From Auanema rhodensis (Eukaryota > Animalia > Nematoda): a stretch of DNA of 64,000 nt. Location: the NCBI GenBank assembly GCA_964057225.1, contig OZ059899.1, positions 15,066,001 to 15,130,000 of the forward strand, in the 5' to 3' direction. Made by a program: the position numbers and the translations under genes. The notes beneath the pieces are model-generated. The model made no database searches. It was not told where the DNA came from and saw only the letters and a program-made list of their open reading frames with translations. Below are positions 14,401 to 27,774 of this stretch, one piece after another (the stretch's first letter is position 1; every line of letters begins with the position of its first letter).

Positions 14401-15128
14401 ACGAAGAATTCATTTCAACCTCAACACTATCGTTGAAATCAAGTGTATAGATGATGAGTATAGGGGCATTATGAGCAGCTGAGTTTTAAACTCTTTAGGA
14501 ACAAACTGTATGCAGATGTTGTCAACAGCATCAGCTTATCTATCACTTATCCGGCATCAGACAACTAGTCATCATCATCGTCGTCGTCGTTGTTGGTGTT
14601 GAATATGATGAAGAAAACAAGGATGATGATTGATAAAAACAGTCCAAGCGACCAAAGTAGGCTTTGCATCCTATCTCTCGCATACTCATCATGTTTTCAA
14701 CATTATTATCTTCATCTTTCTCTTCTCTAACTATCGTTCAAGCATCTATCTTCTATATAGTCTATACTTCTTTTTTCTCTTCGTGTGTGTGTATATGTAT
14801 GTGCTGTGTAGCGGTACGAAGTTGTTTGCTCAAGCGGCTGAGAAGCACAGACCCAAAGTGCCGGCAAATAGTCACAGATTAGAGAAGTTGAGACGAGGAC
14901 GAAACTGACGGCCGTGCGGACAATCTCAATCCCAGAGACTGGCCGTCTGTCGTACGTTGTCGTCGTCATCACCATCACCATCATCATCGTCGTCGTCGTC
15001 GTCGGTCTCGGCGGGACGGTCACATTGCTCTCACGCTGCCTGTCTCCTTTCATTCACTAGCTGGCCATTTTCCGGAAACCGAAAATCTGTTCAAATAGTA
15101 CAAAGCGAGCACAATGGTATGATTGAAG

Positions 15129-15374
15129 ATGCGCTCAGAGCCGATATCTCATCTTAAACATTGGCGCCATGTTTGGATCTATAGCGCTACAAAGATGAAG
15201 AGGAAAGGCATGCAATTGCATTCGCAACTTCTGGCGACCAGAAGACGTCAAGTCGCCCGTCAAGAGCTTCTTGCACAGTATTTGGACAAAGCGAAAAAAC
15301 AAGGCAGGTCGAGTCGGAAAGTGACGACAATAACGAGAAAGAGGACAGAAATGTCCAATAACCTCAATAGCTAG
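15129..15374 (+). CDS. Intronless 81-aa IER/SERTA-like basic microprotein
   Basis: MRSEPISHLKHWRHVWIYSATKMKRKGMQLHSQLLATRRRQVARQEL matches the spacing of the IER-family N-terminal motif S-x2-K..R-x-G-x2-LH-x2-LL-x7-ARQ. It is a non-repetitive, codon-like island within microsatellite-rich DNA. Confidence 0.62.
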   Translation: MRSEPISHLKHWRHVWIYSATKMKRKGMQLHSQLLATRRRQVARQELLAQYLDKAKKQGRSSRKVTTITRKRTEMSNNLNS

Positions 15375-17405
15375 AACAAGCCAAAAATAGTTGGAAAAGG
15401 GGAGACGAATTTGATGTAGTGGAAAGAAGAATAGATAGTATGTGATAGAGTAGTTACAACAGATGAAGTTGAAGGAATTAAATGAATCTTCAACTTCTTT
15501 TTCCATCCAACTTCCACAATGCCTCTTTTCTTTTTCTTTTTTTTTCGGAAAAAAAAAACGTTGGCCAACCGAATTCATCGTGGGCGCCGATCAACTGCAC
15601 ATAGTGGAGTTGTATCTCTGTGTTGAGGAGAAAAGAAAATACTTTTCCAGATCATCTAATGGAGTGAAGATGAGCGTGAAGAAAAAACATACAGAGGACT
15701 ATGCAACATCCTTGTGTTTCGTTTCTTCATCGTCGTCAACAACAGTTCTGTCTCGTTTTCATCATTTACGACAAGCAGCGTAAGAAGTCGTTATCACTCA
15801 TTTTGAATATAAGAAGAGAAGAAGTTGAAGAGCATATGTGATGTATTTCAACGATAATTACTTTGAATATCTCTTTCATAAAGATACTTTCACATTTGGG
15901 TTGGATAGTTGTCAACAGATGAGAAGATAGATTGAGAGGATAGATGATGTTTCGATGAAAAAAAATTGCAATATGAAGTTTGATGAAAAATTTCCTTTTT
16001 TTTCTTTTTTTTTTGTAGAAAGAAGAAATAATGACAAAGAGCAACAGGGAAATACAGAGACTCAGAGAGAAAAAGAATGAGAGAGAGAGAGAAAGAGAGA
16101 ATAGATATCTGCTGATGAGGAGAGATGATGATGGGCAGTGGTTGTAATAAATCCTGTGCTCACAACTCTCCTGAATGAATGAATTAGCCGGCTGCTGCTC
16201 CAAGTGTCCCACTTCTGTGAGGGCCAACGACTTCTCTTGTTTAGAGACTTTCTCCCATTTCCCCTCCTACTCTCTATGTGTAAAAAAAGAGAAAACGAAT
16301 TGTCATAGAAGACTAAGAAGAAAAGAAGAAGAAGAAGAGACAGGAAGAAAAACAAAGAAATCTGCCGTATACGAAGAGAAGAGGGAGTTAGTTGAACAGG
16401 GAAGAGAACTAAAGAAATTTCAAATTCCAACAATCAACTGTATGATTTACAGTTAAATTCAACACAACTTTCTTCTTAACACATATTTGCATACAAAACT
16501 GTCCGAGTTACGTGACATACTACGTGAAATCTCACGTGAACTATAGAAGTTATTTCTACTATGTCATGCAAACGAAACGGTTGAGCATCTTGCAGTTATC
16601 TCTTCCTCACTTATCTTCCAAAAACTTCTATCTCTTCTTCTTCTTCTCTTTCAGCTCAGTTTATCTCGGAAATTTCAATGTTTCCTCCCACGATGACGAG
16701 GACCATCCTTACAACCAGGGTTGTATCTCATTCGAAGATCGAAAATCTGTATTATAAGACATGACAAAGAAGAAATTTTCAAAAAAGAAAAGCAACTCTT
16801 CTCATTGAGACAATATAATTTATCAAATTTTACAAAGTATAATTAAGAACTTTGATTGAAGCGTGGGAGCTCAAAGAAGAAAAAACGAAACCTATCGTCG
16901 TCACTAGTTGTGTACTTTATGGATAACTACTTGTATCATCTTCATCATTATAAACATTAGCTCGATTACTTTTTTCTTCTTCTCCTTCTTCTTCTTCTTC
17001 TCAAAAATCAAAAAAGCTGTAGAGAGACGTGTGCGAGCGAGCGAGCGAGCGACTGGATTAACCAGATTTGTATGTAAACGACATATTGCTCGACAGGATA
17101 AGAGGTGCTAGACCTTTTTTAGTTTCAACAAGAACTAAATGTTTCTTTGAATTTTTGGAACCGGCTGTTAAAGAGGTTTATCGGAAGCTTTTTTTCCAAC
17201 TTTAACGCATGATGATTCGCACGTTGAAAAATAAGAAGTACGCGAAATACAAATCAAATGTTCTGTTTGAAGGACTGAACGGATGATTAGCCGGAAAGAT
17301 GAAACAATACCATAAGCTGACCTTCTGCTTATAGGCCATGTTATGTGGATGTTGTTGCTTCTGCTAAAGAACAGGATAAGAGAAAAGGACATAGTAGAGC
17401 AGAGG

Positions 17406-17453
<48 letters not shown>

Positions 17454-17688
17454 GAGAGAGAGAGAGATAGAAGGAAAGAATAAAGCCTAAGAGGTATGAT
17501 GATTGATGTAAAGGAAGTGATCAGAATACAGTGACCATATAAAGAGTTTGAGCAAATATTCAATGAGAAGAAACATCGGTCTATAACAAGTGTGGTACAT
17601 CAAAAATCATCATCTGATTTAGGATAAGTAAAGTAGTAAGAGTATTAGAAAAGTAGATTGCCATATGAAATATGAATCTCTTATACTT

Positions 17689-17736
<48 letters not shown>

Positions 17737-19407
17737 GCTCTCTTATTTCTTTTTCTTCTAGACCTAATCTTATAAGATATTTTACCTTCCTCTCCTGTCC
17801 TATCTATCACTTGCTCTCCTTCTTTAAATATCCTCTTGTACGGTAAATCAAGACTTAGTAGGTCAAAGAGTTTAGTGAACGAGGTAGGCACTTGACCAAT
17901 TGCAAGAAAAAACATTTTTTCTTCAAAACTTTAAAGAAAAAATCAGTTTTTAGCTTAATTTCATGTAAATACCAGCTCGACGTATCCCTTATCTAACTCA
18001 GTAATGAAACAAAACATTCAAGGCTGAGAAAAACAAAAAAAGCCTAACATCAGCACGTAAATTATTTTTTGAATCAAAAATGGAATCAGAAGACGGAAGT
18101 GAAAATAAGAAGCGAAAGGATAGTCGGATGATACGAGTTGAAAACGGGAGATGGACACTGATGCTGACTACGTCCGTACGTTGACAGAAACTTGGCGTCT
18201 TCGTTAGCTACTACACGTATCATCGTCACGATTATCAGAAAACGGATAAAGTAGTGAGAGATGGACTGTTGTAGCCAAGAAACGGCTACCGGCCCGACAG
18301 CATCAGCACCAGCACCAGCCGCAACAGCAACACTAGCAAAAGTTAGAAGTAGCAGTGTCGACATTGAATTTTAGTGGCGAAGTATATTGCTGAGAGTGAG
18401 AGTAAATGATTCGGCCATGAAGACTTTCCATGACGACCACGACGATGAGAACATCCAGCTATGGACGTCAACTACTACGTCCTCAATTCCTTGAGACCAT
18501 GCCTGCCCCAATGACCTACATTCATTTTTCCTATCGGCGCTTTGAACGAGAAAACCCTGAGGGGGGCCTTTCGCTTCTAACTAAATTCTCTTCTCTCTGA
18601 CTGTTATTATGAAGAAAACAGAGTATAGACTGTTTTCTACCAGTTTAAGACCAGTCTTTATAACTCATTCTCTCTCTTTGACCTCTAACTTATCTCTCTC
18701 TCTCTCTCTCTTACAGCATTCTCGCGAAATCCGTTCCGTGAAATGCTGCTTCTTATCTAATGTTACATCCGAGAAAAAAGTTGAAAATGAAAGTGAGAAG
18801 GAAAGTGAGTTGATCCTGAAAGGGATAACTGCATTTTATGTAGTTTTGTATGTTTTCTTATCAAAACAAAAAACTAAAAACCAAAAGAAAAACAGACGAA
18901 CGATAAGAAAAACCTCAAAAGGAAAACAAGAGAAAACTGGATAAAAACTGGGGTTGAAAGATGAAAGAATTAATTGAAAAATATTCAAAGCATAATATGA
19001 AGAATATGCTGAAAAAGGGGGGGGGGTACCAATACAATCTTTCAAGCTTGGTTTATCTTTAGACTCAAGCTTACTGTGCAGTCTCGAAGCTCATCCGTAA
19101 TGCTGTTATGAATTCCTATTCCAGGATTTCTTATTCAACATCCTTCATAATTTTCATTGAAAGTCATTTCTTCCAATATATAAATCATTATTTTATGAGT
19201 GAGATTTGCAATTGTTTACATTTGGCTTTTTGCCAGAATAATGTCAAACTCTCAAACTAAACTTTTCCAAATGTCATCACTACGAGGTATAAAAAGACAT
19301 CGACCTCGTATGGCACATCTGTCTGCGAAATGTTTCAAATGACCTATGGATGGCGGTTTACGATTTTTCTGTTATTTGAGGAGATGACCATCCTTTATCT
19401 CTCTCTT

Positions 19408-19442
<35 letters not shown>

Positions 19443-21510
19443 GTTTTAATGTGCCTGTACCTCTTTTCTATCAACAATTATCCTGAAACATTTTGAATTC
19501 TCCCTTTCTTATTCTCTCATATTCTCTTTTCTCTTATTCCAATTCCTCGTACCTTCGTCATCTTTTGTCTTCTTCTTTGACTAAGTTTATTCATTCTGAG
19601 CTAAAATTCAAAGTTAGTATGAGATCTTTGATCACTTCACACCAACCAAATAATACTACTATCTATTGAATTTTAATAATTATCTTTCTAAGAAATAAGG
19701 CAAATTACAGTGTATATTATAAGAGGATATGTAACGAAATTGGCACAGGTGTAAGGGACATATTCTTAAATTGAACTGGCCGTCTGAATTATGACGATCG
19801 CTTTGAATACATGTGTTGTATGAATTGTACATCTGAATAACTTTTGAGAGAAGTCACAAATTCAAATGATAAGTTGGATTTTTAAGTTTCTCACATAGAT
19901 TCAAGAATTATATTTCCCGCTGTTTGTTATTTGTGAAATAGGTATATCTGACATGTTGTGAAGATAATCGGTTAAGTTGAGGATTTGCCTTTGAGTAGCG
20001 AAATGAGAACAAATCTTACCATAGAAGAGAAAATTGAAGAAAAAGATGATGATGAAGACGACGACGACGATGACGATGTTGATGAAGAAGGAGAGGAAGA
20101 AGAAGAAGAAACTGTCTTAAATTGGCTGACTGACCTAGTCGAATACATGAAATTCTAAGCCAAATTATTGCATTCAAGATGTTCGAATTATGAAAATAAT
20201 CTGCGTAAATCATTGAAAAATCGTTTGGGTGATCGGCAATAGCAAAGAATAGCCTGGAAGATGCCTTTGTTATTCATAAATTCTTGGATTAACTCTTGAA
20301 GTACCGTACGTGCGATTGTAGTGGATGGAAAGACGAGAGATTCTGTGTCATGTTTGAAGAGTTTCTATTCGATTTTCGTGTAAATTTTCTTTGAAAAACT
20401 GCGGTTCTTTAGTTATTATTTCTGCTTTTTCATTTGTTTTTTCTTTTGTAAGAAGCTGTGTTACGATCAAGGATCAGAAGACAGAGTTAGTTAGAAGAGA
20501 AAGCAAGTCGCTTTCATTACACCCAGTATTAAAACAAAAATATTTTGTGTAAAAAAACTCGAAGAATAGGCAAACTTCAAGTCGTAATGCTCTCAATTCG
20601 GAAGCAAAACTGCAATATGTGAGCACATTAAACACAAATGACTCCATCTGTTATGGAGAAAATCCTCTTTCAGTCAATTCTTCGTAGTAGTATCTGATCT
20701 CTTTATCACCTATTTCACACATTTCGTCTTTGGAATTGTTTCGTCCACCTAATACCTAGAACCTTCATCCCCCCCACCCTCTCTCTCACACAGTCATCTC
20801 GTCATCTTGTCAGGAATTCTCAAATATCTGTTCTACGAATATGGTCACATCAAAAAGAGAAAATTGGTATTGAACTATATATATGAATGAGTTTACGATA
20901 CTACAATCTTCTTCTTAAAATCAATAGCTATACTATAGCTTTTACTAAGAAAATGAAAGAAAATAATCTGACAACATGCTAAACTGAATACAATAAAGTT
21001 TGGATTGAATATGAAGATACAGATGTATGTATATTCAGTTCATGTGTACCTATGACGTCAACATACTGACAGAACTGATATGAAAAGAACAGATTTGAAA
21101 CATACTGTTGTAGTATGATTGAAGAAATCTAGTAATTGCGGTTCTCTTCATCCCATCTTCAATATCTGATGTATTGTCTTTGGTCACTTATCAGCTAGGG
21201 TATACATGAGATGGTTTCTCCATTGTATTATCCTTGAAAGACATTCTTCTTCCTGACAAATTGGCCCAAATGAATTAGTCCAACCATGTTTTTCAACGAT
21301 TTTTCAAAAGATGAAGTATAATTTTCATTCACATAAGCTTTATTAATAAAAAATATTTAATTGGATATTCAAACGAACATACTTTCGCTCTTTTCCCGCA
21401 ATCTCTAATGATTGTAATGCAAAGCTACATTAAAGAAATCAAAAAAGTCCTGTTTCTTTATGAATAGCAGCATAAATCTTGTTGATAATCAAGTCAACAA
21501 GATCCAAAAA

Positions 21511-21579
<69 letters not shown>

Positions 21580-22003
21580 GAAACTGTTGGTAATAATAAT
21601 ATGCTTGTAATTCTCTAAAACACTTCTAAGATTAAAAAATACGAATTAAAAGAAGAAGCATCACTTTTCATAGAACCATACTCCATCTCAATCTCTTTTG
21701 CTCTCTTTCTCCCTCTCTCTCTCTCTCACCTTTATAACATATATGACAATGCCTATTTTGAAAAAAACAGTATGACCTGTAGGATGTTTAGAGTGAAAAT
21801 GAATGAAAATAGATGAATATTCTCTAGTATTTACAAGAAAAATGAAGAGAATCGTAGAACAACACTTTTCTAAAAAGAATTTTGATGAAGTAAAAGTAGC
21901 TTTGAAACACGTTATCAATTCAGATCTTTTCACTAATTCGTATTTTAAATAAAAATTTGAATTATTTATATTATTATTTTGATATTATTATTAATTTTTT
22001 GAA

Positions 22004-22871
22004 TTATTCTTCTTTTGGCAAGCTTTTAGCTAATTCAATTGATGGAGCATTACTGAAGAATTCCTTATCCAGAAGGAAATCATATACTCCTTGGTAAATG
22101 GCATGCATCCTACAACAAAACTTGAAATGAAAACCTAACACGATTGATAAAGCATACCAGATGGCTAAACAAGCAGCAAAGAAGGCTACAACACCAATGT
22201 TGAAAGGCCACAAAGGTCCGAAATCACGTTCCATTTCGGCTACTCTGAAACAATATCGTTGAATATGCTCATAGGATGAAAGAAAAACAAACTTGACAAA
22301 AACTCCAAATAATGCGTTAGTCAAATCAATACCTACAGACATAGCAGTAATGGAAACAAAAGCCAACATCATCAGAATGAAGATAATAATCTTTAATATG
22401 TGAATTATCAATATTTTGAATGAAAAAATATAAAATTTACCTGAATAAAGGCAATTTTTGGCCTAATGAAGTTATGTTGATCGGAAAGTACACCGTAAAC
22501 CTGAAGATGAACTTATTCAATTCGTAATTTCTTAATATGACATACCATAGTTATTGAAGATAGGGTTGAAACAGCAAAAAGTCCAAGCATGAAAAACAAC
22601 ATCCAACTGTCTAGAGATTGATTCACATGATAAAACTCTTAAAGAAACAGAAATATTAATCTAAAAAGAGGCTTTTTCAAGTTAACTTACGATAGAATAC
22701 AGTGGATCCAGCGAGGAAGCATAAAAATTCTATAGCTATGGATACATATGATCCAGACTTCACATGAATCAACTCGCAAGTAACAGGTCCCGTGTAAAAT
22801 GGGTCATCAGGAGAAAAGATGAAGTTAGCTGGCAGTACGTCTACCTTTTTTTCAGGCATATGTGGAGACAT
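22004..22871 (-). CDS. Small multi-pass membrane protein of unknown function (spliced)
   Basis: ATG at 22871, just downstream of a TTCTAG acceptor. MSPHMPEKK..CELIHVKSG is followed by several hydrophobic helices in exons separated by short introns, ending ..LAKSLPKEE*. Confidence 0.7.
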
Positions 22872-23196
22872 TGCACTAGAAGATAAACAATATGAAGGAC
22901 CGTATAATACTATATTATCAAAGTTAAAAATTGGAAAATTGGAGGAGGAAAACGACAAATAGTTCAACGTCCTATAATAGGAGTGCGAGACAAGGCCGAT
23001 CGTGATCAATAGTAGCCCGTGAACGCCTTCTGACCCAGATCTTCACACAATGACGAATTTTATCTTCTTACAGGCAATTACTTTCGTAGACTGTTAAGAT
23101 TTGATTAAAAAATGGAAAAAAACTGATTCATTCAGACGAAAAATGCTTGTAATAGTTAAGAAATATACAAGAATATATATAATACAACGTGAAGAT

Positions 23197-24380
23197 TTAG
23201 ACCAATTGACTGTCTTTGACTCCCAGTTTTCTCAGTTTTTCATGAGCCTGAAAGTACAATTGATACGAATTTCACTTGATAGGGCAGATTCAACTGACCT
23301 TGGCATGGATAACACTATCGTCAGCAGTGATGACAGGCATTTTGAAAGCTTTCTTATAGAATTCTTGAGCATTATTTTTGTCACCTAAACGATCGTATAC
23401 TTCGCCTATGTAGAATGTATTGGTACTGTAGAATCCAGGCTGCAATATCAAATTGAAATAAATTATAAAAAAATAAAAATTCATACAGATATATCTTCAG
23501 CTTTCAGGAAATAGTGAAGCGCTTGATCATAGGTGGAAGTTGGAGGAGTTCCGAAAATGGTCTTAGCGACTAATCTGGTGGCGTAACCCATATCAGCAAA
23601 AGAAAAGTGCCAAATACCTAAAATAAGCGAAATCTTATGGTAGTTATAGATAAGTTTAAACCAAGAATATGCCATGTTGTAGCATCATTCTCATAAAGAT
23701 TGAGAGCTTTTTCCAAATGTTCACGAACTAGATATGATTTTTCAATTCTTGACTTGTTGCCCTCAATCTCTCCAATGTAATCCAAGAGAATTGCATACCT
23801 GAACACGGATGATCGTTATAAAATAGAAAAAAAATGGAACAAAATACCATTTGTGAGCTCCAAAAGATCCTTCTGTTGGCTCATGCTTTAAAGCACTTTG
23901 TATAACCTCATAAGCTTCATACATAAATTTCTTTTTTTCGTTAGGGTCTTTACTGAGTTTTCCTTTTTCGCATAAAACACGAGCCAATCTCCACAATAAT
24001 TCAGAGCATTCAGAATTTTTATAACTAGAATTTCACAAAACAGTTTCAAATCATAAGACTTAAACTAACCGAGCTAATAATCCGTAAGCATTGTCGATCA
24101 AATAATTGTCATATAAAGCATCTGTTTCACGAAGAACGAGTGCCAAATCCTTAGGCATACGTCCTCCACTTTTAGCAGGCTCCTGTACTTCAGTTTTGGC
24201 TGGGGAAAAGAGAGAAATAGCGAGAGATCCAACACCACCTCCAAAAACCATGCTCTTATAGAAACGAACTTTCCCCTTCTAAATATATTAACTATTTGCT
24301 TTACCACAAAATATTCTTACAGGGACTGCCCGGCTCATTTGTGTGGCAGTTCTTGAAAGTAGACGGAAGGCTTTTAGCAT
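23197..24380 (-). CDS. rmd-2: Regulator of microtubule dynamics (RMDN/rmd family, TPR-like)
   Basis: Exons encode ELLWRLARVLCEKGK, HKWYAILLDYIGEIEG, HLEKALNLYENDATTWHILGIWHFSFADMGYATRLVAKTIFGTPPTSTYDQALHYFLKAE and PGFYSTN, typical of RMDN proteins. The N-terminus MLKAFRLLSRTATQMSR resembles a mitochondrial presequence. Paralogue assignment is tentative. Confidence 0.85.
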
Positions 24381-24805
24381 ATTTTCTGGCTGGAAACAAT
24401 TTCTTAGTTATTCAAAATCAAAAAAAAGGGAAAAAACTAAGAGGTTGATATTTATCATCGCCGAAAGAAGGAGATAGTGAGTACAAAGTTCGCCTTTGTC
24501 AACATTGATTTACCGTATGATAATAAACTAATTTTAATTGTGGTTTTATCCGTGTAAACATGTGATTCTAATTTCATTCTATTATTATATAATTCACGAA
24601 GATTTAACTTTAATTTGCTTTAATAAGTTCACAATGCTCTATCATATAAACTTTTTGAAGTTAATTTGGCCCTGCAGCGAACACGTGTAAACGGCATGCA
24701 AGTGCTTAATAAGAACAACCCCCCGGCATGAGTTCCATGAATTGATCTTTTTAGCTTGAAGTTCCAATTTTTTAACTAGTTAATAAGTTAAGATATATTC
24801 AGATA
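24381..24805. promoter_or_regulatory. Putative bidirectional promoter
   Basis: 425 bp separate the divergent ATGs of the rmd-like and NDUFB1-like genes. A GC-richer block contains CACGTG at ~24682. Both ATGs follow AG acceptors compatible with trans-splicing. Confidence 0.5.
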
Positions 24806-25057
24806 ATGGGTACTTTTACTTTTACCTATTTCTTACAAAGAGCTATCTGGGATAAGCGCGGTTTATGGGCTCTTTCTGGAGCCGCCTTCTATTTCGGTCG
24901 TTGCTGGGACAAAGCTGGTATGGAAAAAGCTGAAATGATGAAGGTTTTTAAATCACAAAATTTGAAATATATTTTTATATTATTTAAGGGACAATCGAAA
25001 ATGTTTGCTAGTCGTTTTGCTGCATTACCACACGGTTCTGATGCTTGGAAACACTGA
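24806..25057 (+). CDS. NADH dehydrogenase subunit NDUFB1 (MNLL)-like, 68 aa, two exons
   Basis: After removing intron 24944-24988 the product is ..AFYFGRCWDKAGMEKAEMMKGQSKMFASRFAALPHGSDAWKH. It aligns by eye with NDUFB1 (F..G...D....E......S.LF.R...P....WK) and has one TM helix. Confidence 0.65.
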   Translation: MGTFTFTYFLQRAIWDKRGLWALSGAAFYFGRCWDKAGMEKAEMMKVFKSQNLKYIFILFKGQSKMFASRFAALPHGSDAWKH

Positions 25058-25595
25058 TTTCTATATTAGCTGTTTTATTATGTAGAAAATAATAGGAATT
25101 TCCTTTTTTTTTAAATTTGTACTACTATAAAGAGGACGAAACCTCCATAATACTTGCGAATTTGCTTTTTGGTTTTTTTCTGTTATTTTTTCTTATAGAC
25201 TTTTGGATAATAACACTGATTATGTCAAGTAGTTCAAAGGTTTTGGATCTGTTTTTGAGGTTAATTTTTATTACTCATTTCTATTTTAACATTTCTAATT
25301 TTCAGACTAAAGCTCAAACTTTTCTAAGAAGTAATTTGGTCAGTTAAGTGTTTTTATTAGGATTTTTCGTTTTTTTTTTGTATTTTTGTTAATATTTATT
25401 ATTGTTTATTTCGCTAATCTAAGTTGAAAACAACTATTCATCTTTTATTATTTTTAATTTTTTTTATAATTTCAAGCAGTTTGTTTATAAATTTTTAAAA
25501 TATTTGTTCTTCTCTTTGAGTGGCAAAGATGTTAAGAAAATCATAGCTTTCTATTTGTGCAAACGTTATAAAAAGGGTTAAAATATTCTGCTAAG

Positions 25596-27564
25596 ATGGG
25601 TATTGTCGAAGATGCTTCTTCACTGTATTCTAATAAAATTGTAATGGCACCAATGGTACGTGCAGGAAGGACACCACTTAGGTTCGACATATTGTGTGTT
25701 GTTTTCCTATTTTGGCTTTAGACTGTTAGCTCTGGAATATGGAGCTGATATGTGTTACACAGAAGAAATAGTTGATCAGAAGCTTTTATCGTGTACTAGG
25801 ATAGAAAATGGTAAAAACAATAGTGTTGAGTATTATTAAGTGGGTTTAACATTTCTGTAGAAGCTTTGGGAACAATAGATTACTGTATGTTGGATGACGT
25901 TGTATTAAGAATTGCTCCAAAACATGAGAGTCAGCAATGTGTTCTTCAAATAGGTACAAATAACGGAGCTTCTGCTGCTGAAGTAGCTAAGTTGGTGTAA
26001 GTTGAAAAAGATATCTCAGTATGATTGAAAGTGTTGTATTCAGTGGAACTGATGTTACTTCCATTGATGTAAATATGGGTTGTCCAAAGCCCTTTTCGGT
26101 TCATCAAGGCATGGGTGCTGCTCTTTTAAAAGAAACCGATAAAGTCAAGGAAGTAGTTTTAATCTTTGTAAAAATCATGAGAAAATTACCTTTTAAGATT
26201 TTAACTTCTTTGAAAGCTGTGGCACAGGTACCTATTTCATGTAAAATCAGAGTGTTAGACAATGTAAGTGTTAACCATATTGGTTATATAAGTATATGAT
26301 TTGTTAAGCCTTCTCTTACTCATAATTTGGTTCGAGAAATTGAAAAATGTGGAGTTGCTGCTATAGGAGTTCATGGAAGAAGACGAGATGAACGTAATCC
26401 CGACAGGTATATTCATTTTTCCATTATGCCATAAGAATAAGAATTGATCTTATTTCTTGAAAGATAAACAGATGATCGGTTGTTTTTCTGTATTTGATTA
26501 GGGTAAAACTCTTTTCCTAAATATAAATATTTTCGTTCCAGATGTCGAATAGAAGAAATACGTGAAGTTACTCGAATTGTTTCTGTTCCAGTAATTGCAA
26601 AGTTTGATTTATTTGTAAATGAAAATTGTTAAATTTCCGTTTTCAGTGGTTTGTCGGGAGAAATACATAAGTATGAAGATATTCTGAAATATAAGGAAGA
26701 AACAGGTTTGTTATTTCTTTTTTTTTTCAATTTATAGCTATTGTTTAGGTGCAAGTTCTGTAATGCTTGCTCGTAAAGTTTTGCAAAATCCTTCTATTTT
26801 CCGTAAAGAGGGTTTGTTATCAATGGAAGAAGATATCGCGAACTTTTTAAACAAGGTATTGCATGAATCTATATCTTAATATTCGAAGAATATTATTTAA
26901 GGCTTGTGAATTTGATGAAAATTATACTATGACTAAGTATGTTGTCCAACGAATACTTGGTGGAGAACAAGAACATGATCCAAGAGGAAAAGCTACCGTA
27001 GCTGCTGGAAGTGTGCTGGAAATTTGTAAAGCTTGGAACAAAGAAGATGTCTATGAAGAGTATAGGCTGAAGCGAGCTCGTTTACAATGCAAAAGGAAGC
27101 ATGAAGAATCAGAGGATGGTACACGATATATAGATATAACATTCCCCTTGTATGATTTTTGTTCAAATTTTAATTTAATTAATCTTCTTCAGAAAAAAAT
27201 TGCGAGAACCAAGGAACTGCAACGTTTCTCCCAAAACGGTGTTACACGACTACTTGAAAGAGAAAGGCTTAGATAAAGCGAGCTATTCTTGGGTATTTTT
27301 ATGATTATAATAACGTTTCAATAATCTTTTAACATTTAGATTAGACGAGATATTGACAAGAAATATGAAGGGACTGTTATTGTTGCTGGACATAAATTCT
27401 CTTCTCGAAAAGGCCAACCCAACATCAAAATGGCAGAACAGGTAGGTTAAATTTATATTTTCATGTGATGTAATTGTTTTGTTATCCAGGTAGCAGCATT
27501 AGCTGCTTTGATTGGCCTTCAAATTAGGGAACGTTTAAAAGGAGAGTGGGAGGAGGAGGATTAG
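25596..27564 (+). CDS. DUS2: tRNA-dihydrouridine synthase 2 (with C-terminal dsRBD)
   Basis: Motifs MAPMVRAGRTPLRLLALEYGAD..YTEEIVD, VLQIGT, IDVNMGCPKPFS..GMGAALL, PISCKIR, GVHGR, PVIA and SVMLAR. The C-terminal dsRBD-like part reads KYEGTV..FSS...NIKMAEQVAALAAL. TAG at 27562-27564. Confidence 0.93.
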
Positions 27565-27774
27565 TAATAAGATAAAGTTGTTGCTTTTGAGCCATTCATA
27601 TCAGTGTTACAGCCTAGTTGTTTTGTTGGCTGGAGTTTTACAGCCACCTGTTGACTCATTTTCCATTAATTCATGTTCTTCGTAAATCTATACATACCTA
27701 ACTTACTTGTTATCAAATTCTGTTATAACGTTTAAAAATTTTTATTGAAAAAAGAATAAATTTGTTATAGAAGT

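Noticed and set aside
18086-18600. Signal-peptide-like ORF (minus strand) and a 56-aa ORF from 18430 (plus strand)
   Set aside because: Low-complexity origin, no recognisable motif and no splice support.
5658-21933. Many ORFs rich in SLSLSL, ERERER, poly-S or poly-T (also throughout 44-64 kb)
   Set aside because: They are translations of microsatellites, with no splice structure or domain motifs.
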